Assembly: GCA_024137785.1 (NCBI GenBank)
Contig: JAHRHZ010000092.1
Span: 625,770 to 689,769 of the forward strand
Origin: Ginglymostoma cirratum
Taxonomy: Eukaryota
Reading direction: 5' to 3'
DNA length: 64,000 nt
Program-made: the position numbers and the translations under genes
Shown: one piece after another, positions 12,415 to 23,090 of the stretch
How the letters are laid out: each line of letters begins with the position of its first letter
How positions within the stretch are numbered: the stretch's first letter is position 1
The notes under the pieces: model-generated
Databases searched by the model: none
Told to the model about the DNA's origin: nothing
Seen by the model: only the letters and a program-made list of their open reading frames with translations

Positions 12415-12944
12415 TTCCTGCTATCCCAGCACGTACCTAGCTCCACCTGTAACCAGTGCGGTCTAGGGAGTTCAGTAAACCCAAGAGAATGTTGATATTC
12501 GTACGGTTATATGCGAGATCCGAACATTACAATACACGTTGCAGCCAAACAAGGAGTTATTGCAGCACAAACAGAGGCCATTCCACCTATCTAGTCCGTG
12601 AAAGCTCTCTGTGGAGCAATCGTTCTATTCCTCGTTCTATGCATGAAGCTCCACAGACTCACTATGCATTAAGTTTCACGTTGTTATGACTCTCAGAGTG
12701 AAACCGTTCATCCCCGAATTCGGTCCGCATCTCTCAGGCAAAACTTTACATCAATATTCCATCATCTCTTCATCACGAGCTAATGGGAATAGTTTTTCTC
12801 AGTCATCCTTCTTTAAACCTGTTCTAACATTGTCCCTTATTTAAACCTGTCCTAACTTCGTCCACCTCTATCAAGCTTCCGCACGATCACTTTGCTCTAG
12901 GAACAAACCCAGATTTTTATGTTGCCTGATTTTCGGAATCATTT

Positions 12945-13020
12945 TGTGTTTGAATTTGTCTGATGCAGTTTTGTACCACTGTGCCGTATTTGCAGAGCAG
13001 AACTAGTCGCAGAGTCTGTC
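12945..13020 (-). pseudogene. Orphan V 3'-end fragment with 23-RSS, opposite in orientation to the two V genes
   Basis: Minus strand: ACA GAC TCT GCG AC- TAG TTC TGC TCT GCA AAT ACG G, then CACAGTG (12977-12983), a 23-nt spacer GTACAAAACTGCATCAGACAAAT, and TCAAACACA. Clearly homologous to the V2 end and spacer (GTACAAAACTGCAACAGACAGAT). Confidence 0.85.
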
Positions 13021-13603
13021 CTTTGCGCCTACTGATGATCCCTCTTATGTTTCCTAATGCGTGCTGACCAGAATTGGGCGAGTCTCCTCGTTGTGGCTGG
13101 AATAACTTTACAAAAGTTCAGGATTACTTCCCTTTTTTGAGCTCAGCACCTCTATATAAAATCATAAGTTCCAATCCGTAATTTTTCGCCGCCACGCCTT
13201 AGACGTTTAGGTAAAACCACAGGAAACACGGCAGGCAACATTTCTAGATCACTCCCACAAAATACCAATAGAACATGCAAATAATGTTTTCTTTGCAGAT
13301 CTCAGTTGAGAGCTAGACTTTGCTAAAACAGCATTCACAGCCAGGTTTGTTCTTCTGACTTCAGAGGTGGGTTTTTGTATAGTTCGGGATAGTGCAAAAT
13401 CCAATAGCAACAAATGAAATACTGCTCACTTGTTTGAGATATTGATCTGGCTATGTTCCAGTACACGATTGGTTGGTCCATCTTCAGGCGGAGTTTGTTC
13501 TCAACTCATGCATTTCCGCTCAGTGGGACATCTTGTCTTGATAACACTCATCTTAGTAACACATAGTCGTTCATCAGCTTTGGGTTGCTTCATGAGAAAA
13601 ACA

Positions 13604-13670
13604 ATGGGTGCCACATCTGGAATACGCTTATTCATCTTTCTCTCTTTATTATTCGTACGGTGGATCTACG
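13604..13670 (+). CDS. TRBV: Leader exon of inverted V gene 2
   Basis: MGATSGIRLFIFLSLLFVRWIY, with an in-frame alternative ATG at 13592. Phase-1 donor G|GTAAGT at 13671. Confidence 0.85.
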
Positions 13671-13949
13671 GTAAGTGTTGAACAGCGGAAAACTGTTTTG
13701 CAAACTGTAAAAACTGGAGAAAAAAGTCTATATACAAACTGAAGGTGATTCAGTCATAACTTTAAAGAGAATATTGGATAAATAATTGAAAGAGAAAATT
13801 GTAGAGCTGAATGAAAGATAGGGTACTGGGACTAAATAGATAGTTCTTTTAACTAGTTGACAGCTTCATGATGGGCACAATGATAGACTTTTATGCTAGA
13901 TTATTCTATTATTCGAACTCATTTATCTTTGTTTTTTTTTTCAATTTAG

Positions 13950-14246
13950 GAGTGAAGTCTGCACCTAAAGTGGCCCAGTTTCCTCCCGCGGCTGCGATTT
14001 CACTGGAACAGTCTCTCACTCTTGGCTGCAGTTTGGAGGGAGGGAGCATGAGCACCTACACCATGTTTTGGTATCGGCAAAAGGAACGCCTTTTCGAGTG
14101 GATATGCAGTGGGTATGGTGGCTGTGGAACCGATTTTGAGAAACGATTTACCGTTCAGCTCGAAGCTGGAAGCAATAAATTCAGCCTGCAGCTGAACAAC
14201 TCCGAAGAGACAGACTCTGCGACCTATTTTTGCGCTGCGAGTAAGG
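13950..14246 (+). CDS. TRBV: V exon of inverted TCR V gene 2 (open frame)
   Basis: Polypyrimidine tract + TTTAG| then (G)VKS-APKVAQF...LGCSLEGGSMSTYTMFWYRQ...DSATYFCAAS. Aligns to V1 without gaps (46/94 identical residues by manual count). Confidence 0.9.
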
Positions 14247-14285
14247 CACGCCGGTACAAAACTGCAACAGACAGATACAAAAACG
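14247..14285 (+). other. 23-bp-spacer recombination signal sequence of V gene 2
   Basis: CACGCCG (14247-14253; CAC intact, the rest divergent) + 23 nt + ACAAAAACG (14277-14285). Confidence 0.85.
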
Positions 14286-14570
14286 TTCTTAGAGCATACC
14301 CCAAAGCGCATTTATAAGCTTCTGTGGCAATTCTCTGCCATCAGTATTCTGGCATTTCTGTGATACTTTGCAGACTATGGGACATTCTAAAAAGCCCTTC
14401 CATCCATTGAATCGTCTCTTTTGATGTTCGTCACTGTTTTAATCTCGGAGATAAGGCAGAAAAATACACGACAAGCTCCCAAGCATAACAAACAAGGGTC
14501 AGAACATCGCATTCATATTACATGAGGGACAAAAAATTCTCTAGTTATACACACTGACAACAACGTAAAA

Positions 14571-14573
<3 letters not shown>

Positions 14574-14606
<33 letters not shown>
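14574..14606. repeat. Poly-C homopolymer (33 nt)
   Basis: Read directly from the sequence. The length may be unreliable in assembly. Confidence 0.9.
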
Positions 14607-14607
<1 letters not shown>

Positions 14608-15854
14608 ACACCCTACTGCACTGGTAGCCAATGGGCATGCCGCAAATCCCCAGTATTATTTCGTAATATCAGACTAGATATTGCTGATGTAGTCTCTAAA
14701 TGTGACTTTAACCCACAATCCTACAACTAGGAGAGTGCTGCCAACTGAAGCACTCTACACTGGATATGATTTGATGTTACCGAACGCTTCTGTGTCACCA
14801 GAGACTTTTTACCAAGTTAAATGCTCAATATAGGGTACACGTTATATAAGAGGTGGCAAGAATTGCCGGTGCTGGAGTCAGAGATAACACAGAAAAAAAA
14901 GGGTCCCAACACGAAACGTCAGCTTTCCTGCTCCTCTGATGCTATCTGGCCTGCTGTGTTCCTCCAGCTCCACACTGCGTTACACATTATATAATGTTTC
15001 TTGTTCACAATGTAGTGTGAAATCCAAACCCAGTCAAATTGAACCATGTTTAAAACTGTCAAAAGAACCCTGAACATCACCACACTTCGTGGATCTGATG
15101 TGATGGCACCTGACAACATTACATGAGAAAAGTCGTCATTTTTGGAAGCAACCATTGACTACGGACCCGCGCTGAAGTTCACTCAGAATTGAAGTAATTC
15201 ATTAATTTCAACAAACAGTTCTGGCATTTTCTAACCAGATATACAAATAAATTGTAACAAAAACAGAAATTGCTGGAAAAGCTCAGCAGGTCTGGCAGCA
15301 TCTGTGGAGAGAAATCAGAGTTAATGCTTCGGGCCCGATGACCCTTCCTCAGAAATATATTGTTTTGGACTACTTCTCCAACAGTGTAGATATCTTGCAT
15401 GGGAATATACTAATGTCTAGGGAATAATGCGCCCAGTTTTCTGGCCATAAAACGCTCGGTGGATGTGTAAGCTGTGAGGATAGAAAGAGACTGCAAAAGA
15501 CTGTAGTCAGGTCAAGTGAGTAAACACAAGGTGAAAAGTGGGTATGTAATGTGGGCGTAAGTGTGGGGCTATTCAGTTTGTTACTAAAATTGGTCAAACA
15601 AACCATTTGTAATGCTTGAAACGTTTGAATACTGATTTTCAAAGAGACCCGGATTGTACTATTACACGAAACAGAGAAAGCCAGGAGGCAGTAAGCGAGT
15701 GGTGTGCAAGGAAATGGAAGCATAAGAGTCAGACACAACACAGTGTGGAGCTAGAGGAACACAGCAGGCCAGGCAACATTAAAAGAGCAGGAAGGTTGAT
15801 GTTTCGGATTTAAAGAAGCCTCCCGACCCGAAACGTCAACTATCCTGCCCCATG

Positions 15855-18420
15855 ATGTAATGCCAATCAAGCAGACTGCTTTGTCCTGGATAGTGTCAAG
15901 CTTTTTGAGTGTTGTTGGGGCTGCATTCATGCAGGCAAATGAGGAGTATTCCATCCTACTCCTGACTTAAGCCTTGTAGGCGATGAACAGGCTTTGAGGA
16001 GTCAGGAGGTGAGTTCCTCGCCGCAGAATACCCAGCTTCAGACCTGATTTTGTAGCTATTGTGTTTTTGTGGTGAGTCCACCTGAGTTTCTGGTCGGTGA
16101 TAACCCCCAAGATGTTGATAGTTGGGGGGCTCAGTGACGGTAACACCGCCGAATGCCAAGGGACAGTGTTGTATCGTCTCTTATTTGTGGTCGTCATAGT
16201 CTGACATTTGTGTGGTAGAAATGTTACTTGCCACTTGTCATTCCAAGCCTGGATATTGTTCAGATCTTGTTGGATTTGAACATGGACTGCTTTAGTTTCT
16301 GAGGTGTCACGAATGGTGCCAAACATTGCGTAATCATCGGCAAACATCTCCACTCCTGACCTTATGATGGAGGGAAGGTCGTTGATGAAACAGCTGAAGA
16401 TGGTTGGGCCTAGGACACTATCCTGAGGAACTCCTGCAGAGATGCCCTGGAGCTGAGATGATTGACCCCCAGCAACCACGACCATCCTCCTATGTGTCCG
16501 ATATAACTTCAACCACTGGAGAGTTTGCCCCCTGATATCCATTGATTCCAGTTTTGCTGGGGTTCCTTGATGCCACACCTAGTCAAATATAGCCTTGATA
16601 TCAAGAGCTGTCACTCCCACCTCAACTCTGGAATTCAGCTGTTTTGCCCATTTTGAACCAAGGCTGTAATAAGGTCAGGAGCTGAATAGCCGTGGTGGAA
16701 CACAAACGGGGCGTCACTGAGTAGGCTATTGCTGAGCAAATGCTGCTTCATAGCACTGTTGATGACATCTTCCATAACTTTACTGATAATCAAGAGTAAA
16801 CTAATAGGGCAGTAGTTCGCTGGGTTGAATTTGTCCTTATTTTATGCACATGACATACTTCAGCAATTTTCTGCATTATCGGGTAGCTACCAGTGGTGCA
16901 AGTGTACTGGAACAGCTTGGCTAGGGGAGCGACAAGTTCTGGAGCGAAGGTCTTCAGTACTGATGCTGGAATGTTGTCAGAGGCGGTAGCATTCACAGTT
17001 TCCATGGTCTCCAACCATTTCTTGATATCTCATGGAGTGAATCGAATTGGCTGAAGAGTGGTATCTATTGTACTGGGGACCACTGGAGGAGGTCAAGATA
17101 GATCATCCACTTCATCGTTGTTGAAGCCCACCTGCCACTTTTCATTAGTAGTTTCTGTTTGTTCTCTGGCACCTGGCAGGGTCTGACGCAGATCCCAAAC
17201 GATCACCCTTCAGCCTTATCTTTTGCACTGATGTGCTGGGCTCTTCCATTTTTGAAAATGGTCATATTCGTGAAGACTCCTCCCCCGGTGAGGTTGTTTA
17301 ATTGTTCACCACCATTCACGCGTGGATGTGGCAGGACTGCAGAGCTTAGATCGGATCCATTGGTAGTGGGATCACTTAGCTCTGTCTTTCACTTGCTGCT
17401 TAAGCTATTTGGCGTGCAAGTGCTCGTGTTTGGTGGCTTCACCAGGTTGATGCCTTATATTCAGGTATGCCTAGTGCTTCTGGCATACCCTCGTGCACTC
17501 TCCATTGAACAAGTGTTGATCTCCTGGCTTGATGGTAATGGTTGAATGGGAGATATGCTGGGCCATGACGTTACAGATTCTTCTGGAGTACAGTTCTGGT
17601 GGCCCACAGCACGTCATGGATGTCCAGTCTTGAGTTGTTTGATCTGAGAGAAGTCTGTCCCATTTAGCATGGTGACAATGCCACACAATACGATGGGGAT
17701 TATCCTCAATGTGAAGGTGGGACTTCATCTCCAAAAGGACTGTGCGGTTGTCACTCTTACTGATACTGTCGTGGACAGATGCAAGTACGCCTGGTAGATT
17801 GGTAAGAATGAGGTCAAGTATGTTTTTCTCTCTTGTTGGTTCCCTCACCACCTGCTGCAGACACAATCTAGCAGCTATGCCCTTTAGGACTCGACCAGCT
17901 CGATCAGTAGTACTGTTGCCGAGCCAGTCTTGGTGGTGGACTTTGAAATCCCCCACCCAGAGTTCATTTTGTGCCCTAGCCATCCTCAATGTTTCCTCCA
18001 AGTTTTGTTCAACATGGATGAGTACGGATGCATCAGCTGAGGGAGGACGGTGTGTGGTAATCGGCCAAGTTTCCTTGCCAATGTTTAACCTAAAGCCATG
18101 AGACTTCGTAGCGTCCAGAGTCAATTTTGAGGACTCACAAAGCAACTTCGTCCCAACTGTGCCGCTATCTCTGCTGTGTCTATCCTGCCGATGAGACAGG
18201 ATATATCCTGGGAGGGTTATGGTGGTGTCTGAGACATGTCTGAAAGGTATGAGTCCGTGACTATGACTATGTCAGGCTGTTCCTTAACAAGTTTATGAGA
18301 CAGCTCTCCCAATTTTGGCACTCGCCCCCGAATGTTAGTGAGGAGAACTTTGCAAGGTCGACAGGACTATTTCTGTCGTTATGTTTTCTGGTGCCTAGAT
18401 CGATGCCATGAGATCCTTCC
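15855..18420 (-). mobile_element. Non-LTR retrotransposon ORF2 relic (APE endonuclease + RT; CR1-group)
   Basis: WVGDFKVHH...PTREKNILDLILTN...SDNRTV (APE) and GVPQDSVLGPTIFSCFINDL...MFADD (RT), with frameshifts. Confidence 0.9.
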
Positions 18421-20044
18421 GGTTTCATTTCTTTGAGAATTTGTAGCGATTGGTACAACTGAATGGCTTGCTAGGCCAATTCAGAGAGCAATTCAGAGTC
18501 AGCCACATTTGCTGTGGGGTTGGAGTCACATGTAGGCCAGACCAGGTGAGGATGGCATTAGGTAGGCCAAACCAGGTGAGGAAGGACATTAGTGAACCAG
18601 GTGGGCTTTTTTCCGACAATCGACAATGGTTTCATGGTGATCAGTAAGCTCTTAATCCCAGAGATTTTATTGAATTCAAATTCCGTCATTCGCCGTGGCG
18701 GGATTCGAGCCCGAATCCCCAGAACATGTAGATTCCATGCAATTCTACCGAACAAAATGCCAAAATGTGGAAAAAGAAGTGCCAGTTACAAACACAAAGA
18801 ATTCTGAGGATTAACTTGAGCGTTTAGGATTAACATTAACTCTGTTTCTCTCTCCAGGAATGCTGCCAGTCCTAATGAGTTTGTCCAGAATTCCTCGCCT
18901 TTGTTTCGGATTTCCATTATTCGTAGTATTTTGCTTTTATGTAATAGACGAGCCAATTAGATGGATGCTTTCCGTCGCGACATCACCTTAAAAATTCCTT
19001 CGTAATTAGAGGAGTTAAGCAGAGGGCCTGGAATCACAGGCACGTGTAATGGCTGATTATCGCCAACAAGAAACAGCGTAGATTTTGTTTTGAAGCATGT
19101 CACTGATTGCTTCTAAGCGTACGATTCCTATTTAACTAATTGAAGCAGTTTTAGATCTGAATCTGGTCTGTCTGCAAGATCTGCAGCAGAGAAATACCAG
19201 TTTGCCACCACGTCGCTTCGTGATTGCTTCCAGTTCATTGCTATTTTTAGCGGAAGAACAGAAATGAGCATCAACGTCCTTACAGTTTGATTTTATTTGA
19301 TGCATTGCAATTGTGAACCAAATGCCGCGTTCCTACCTCGACGATTATTTCATTTCTATTATAATTTAAGGAAGGATGTCCAGACCTCAGAGAGATTGTA
19401 GAGTTAAGTTTGCAACAATGGAGTGACGGATAAGGTTCCATTATTATAAGGCGTGATGGAAGAGGCCAAGGCGGATTTGAAGGGGAAAATAACTGCAGAT
19501 GAACTTCGAGATGGGATAACTAGTTCATACAGAGAGAAAGAGAGAGAGGTTGAGATCCGGAGGAAAATAACCAAGGTGTTTGAAACAGAAGGACGCCTTT
19601 CAAATTCTCTAACTTGTTACACCAGAAGACTTTCTTTTTGACATCCTCGCCAAAAGTTAGAATGTTTCTCTCTTTTGATCATCTGAAAGATCACATATGA
19701 TAGCTACTTTATCTTGCACCCTCAAAGAACTAAAATGTCAGCAGTAGGCGAGAAGATACTCTCTGATCGACTCATGCTGTTCCACACATACATTGTGCAC
19801 CATAGCATACAAACTGTTCAACCACCTAAATCAACTGCTGAAACAGAGGGAAAGAACAAGAGAACGACGGACCAATTTCAGCAAGGGATCCGTGACCGTG
19901 AAATTTAAAAATTAAGGGGTAAATCCCCTGTGTTTGCGCAAAGAATTGAGAATCTGGTTGGAAATACTGTGTAGAACAGAATATGGGGGGAGAACAAATG
20001 AACACGTTACCAAAGCCTACAGACTGGTGCTTTTGAACTGTAAA

Positions 20045-20800
20045 TAAAAAAACCAACGAACTGCTGAAGCTGGAAATCAGCCACAAAATCAGAAATTACT
20101 GGATAATCTTAGCGGGTCAGACAGCATGTATGGGGCAAGGTAGAATTAACGTTTCGGGCTCAGTGACCCTTCTTCAGAACGGATGGTAGCTAGGGAAGGG
20201 TAGAGAAGGAGTGGGGCGACGAAGCGCAGACTAGGTTTGTAGAACGCTTTGACTGCAAACATGACCCTGAGCTTTCCGTTGCCTGTAAATTCAACACACC
20301 ACCGCGTTCACTGGCCAACTTCTCTGCCTCGGGCTCGCTACAGTGCTGCATCGAAGTATCAGCGCAAGCTGGAAGAACAATACCCTATTGTGTGCTTGGG
20401 AACCCTGCAACCGTCTGGACTCAATATCAAGTTCAATCATTTCAGCGCTTAAGCACGTTCTCCCATGTCTTTAACATTACATCCACACACCAGACCTCGT
20501 CATCACATGGGCTACCACCACAAACAACTCACTAACAGCTACTAACAGTCCCCATTCATTCACCCAGGCTGACTTTACCCATTCCTTTGAGTGCCCAACT
20601 GTGTTTCTGACTGTCTGGACTTCATCTGCACCTATCGTTTACTCCCCTCCCCCCACCTTTCCCACCCATCCTCTAGTGTAAATATCAAACTTTTACTAGC
20701 TTCCATCAGTTCGGAAGAAGTCACTGAACCCGAAACTTCAAATCTGCTTTCTCTCCGCAGATGCTGTCAGACCTATTAAGTTTTTCCAGTAATTTCTGTG
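20045..20800 (+). mobile_element. Second-family Penelope-like element relic with inverted ends
   Basis: RKLEEQYPIVCLGTLQPSGLNIKFNHF (20249-20452 ORF). About 20085-20180 is inverted relative to about 20700-20800. Confidence 0.7.
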
Positions 20801-21861
20801 AAGTTGAAAATGGAACTGTGGTTCCCCATTATTTTTTCCACCACCCATAACACCAATGATTTTGTTGTCTGTGTCTTGCTGTGTGAATGAGTTGGAGTTT
20901 CAAAAACGTCTTAGAGTTGCAACTAGTAGAGATATGTGTTGATAGCTCATCGTTCTTCGAATTAGAATTAACTTTTTCTGCCTTAAGTAACAGTTATTGC
21001 CAAGTACGGGAGCTTGGTCAGAGTTTACCGTTAATTGGATTCCATCAGACAACTAAATTAGTGATCTTCTTATTTAGATTGAATTATTGACTATTGTGTC
21101 GACCCCAGGAATGGAGCTTGAAAATCAGCACACTTACGCCTCACTGGTGAAAGTAAGAGCTACTCTTGGATAGCTAACATTTTTCAAATTGGAAATTTAT
21201 CTCGTGGTCAACCATTGTAATCATTACAAAAGTGTCAGTATAACCCATTATGTGAGGACGCCAAATCTGAGTCAGGTATTCCTGACTCTTGTTTTCACTT
21301 AAGAACATTCTTCATGGATCTTCACACATCTGTGTCCTGGAATAGTCTAATCTTACTTCCTCTCTTTTCCTTTCATACCTTTCCCAGATGGTTGTGCGTG
21401 TCTGTAGGGCACTGTTCTATTCCACATGCATAATATTACGTTATTCCAAATTCAGCATAAAACTCAAACGGAATTCCAATCTCTCAGCACATCCAAGATG
21501 TAGCTGAAGCCGTAGAGTTTGGTCTATGGTCCTGGAACTTGCGTAGATCCACCTGTAACATACTGACCGTTATTTTCTTCCAACCGGCATTCAACTTAGC
21601 TCACTAGATTACGACTAATATTTCTGGTATCGACCTGGTAGCAGTAGTCCTGAGATACCTTTGCAAAAGATTTTAAAATTTGTATAGACATTGAATGTTT
21701 GCCTTCCCTCATCCTCTGCTTTGGTTTTGCCGTGGCAATCTGACTAATGCACAACGTGGAATCTTTTATATTGCTGTCAGTTCCTTGCAAGGGCCTCCAT
21801 TTTCAACTTTACTGAACAATGTGATCGGGAAAGAATACACAAGGTGTTACTCTTGGTTGGA

Positions 21862-22145
21862 GCAGCACAGTGGCTGAGTGATTATCACTGCTACCTCACA
21901 ACACCAGGGACCCGGGTTCAATTCCACCCTCGGGTGACTGTCAGTGTGGAGTTTGCACATTCTCCCCGTGTCGGCGTGGGTTTGCTCCGGTTTCCTCCCA
22001 CAGACCAAAGGTGTGCAGGCTAGGTGGATTGGCCATGCTAAACTGCCCCTAGTGTTCAGGGATGCTTAGATTGGGTGAGATACTCTGGGGGTCAGTGTGG
22101 ACTTGCTGGGCCGAGGGGCCTGTTTCCACACTGTAGGGATTCTGC
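21862..22145 (+). mobile_element. tRNA-derived V-SINE (HE1-like)
   Basis: GCAGCACAGTGGCTGAGTG...GGGTTCAATTCC...GGAGTTTGCACATTCTCCCCGTGTC...GGGATTCT. Confidence 0.85.
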
Positions 22146-22549
22146 CATTTATTTTCTGAAAGAGTGTTTCTTCCTGCGTGAATCCTGGAGTTTCTAAATC
22201 CTTCACTATTCTGAAGGAGTACTGGTTGTTTCCACCTTTTGCCGTGACTCCTGAGCATTAGACCTGGGACTAATGACTTTCGGAAAAGACAGGGCCGAAT
22301 TCCCTTGAGGAACAGGGAAGTGGAATTGGGAGCACATGATCTTATTGATGGGGACAGCACTAATCCTGTTCCCGTGTCTCTGCTCAAACGATGTTACTAA
22401 GCTAATGTCGGTTCCCTTCCTCGAAAGAAAAAGGAATATCAAATTTGTTAAACATGAAATCACTATATGAATCAATGTTGGAAGTCCATAAAACAGCCAT
22501 CTTTATTCGACAAGGCATATAAAACAAAAACAGAACAGTTTAAAGAATG

Positions 22550-23090
22550 GTGATAACAAGCATGGGGCTGGATGAACACAGCAGGTCAAGCGGCATCATA
22601 GGAGCCGGANNNNNNNNNNNNNNNNNNNNNNNNNNNNNNNNNNNNNNNNNNNNNNNNNNNNNNNNNNNNNNNNNNNNNNNNNNNNNNNNNNNNNNNNNNN
22701 NNNNNNNNNNNNNNNNNNNNNNNNNNNNNNNNNNNNNNNNNNNNNNNNNNNNNNNNNNNNNNNNNNNNNNNNNNNNNNNNNNNNNNNNNNNNNNNNNNNN
22801 NNNNNNNNNNNNNNNNNNNNNNNNNNNNNNNNNNNNNNNNNNNNNNNNNNNNNNNNNNNNNNNNNNNNNNNNNNNNNNNNNNNNNNNNNNNNNNNNNNNN
22901 NNNNNNNNNNNNNNNNNNNNNNNNNNNNNNNNNNNNNNNNNNNNNNNNNNNNNNNNNNNNNNNNNNNNNNNNNNNNNNNNNNNNNNNNNNNNNNNNNNNN
23001 NNNNNNNNNTGCTTGACCTGCTGTGTTCATCCAGCCCCATGCTTGTTATCTCGGATTCTCCAGCATCTGCAGTACCTTTTATCTCTGATA
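22550..23090. other. 400-N assembly gap (22610-23009) flanked by inverted Penelope-type repeats
   Basis: GATAACAAGCATGGGGCTGGATGAACACAGCAGGTCAAGC lies left of the gap and its exact reverse complement lies right of it. Confidence 0.9.

Noticed and set aside
13275-13282. Perfect octamer ATGCAAAT upstream of V2, suggesting an Ig-type promoter
   Set aside because: About 320 bp from the ATG, not positionally matched in V1, and likely by chance in AT-rich DNA.
21078-21158. AG...GTAAG-bounded segment on + (IELLTIVSTPGMELENQHTYASLVK) with TATTGTG 54 nt before the donor, a possible J for the + strand V genes
   Set aside because: No FGXG, no nonamer at 12 or 23 nt, and the phase-1 frame required of a J contains a stop. 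No partner exons were found.
21290-21660. Possible degenerate V exon on minus (AAAG|GISG..., VECRLEE...)
   Set aside because: No WYxQ, DxAxYxC or RSS, and stops in all frames.
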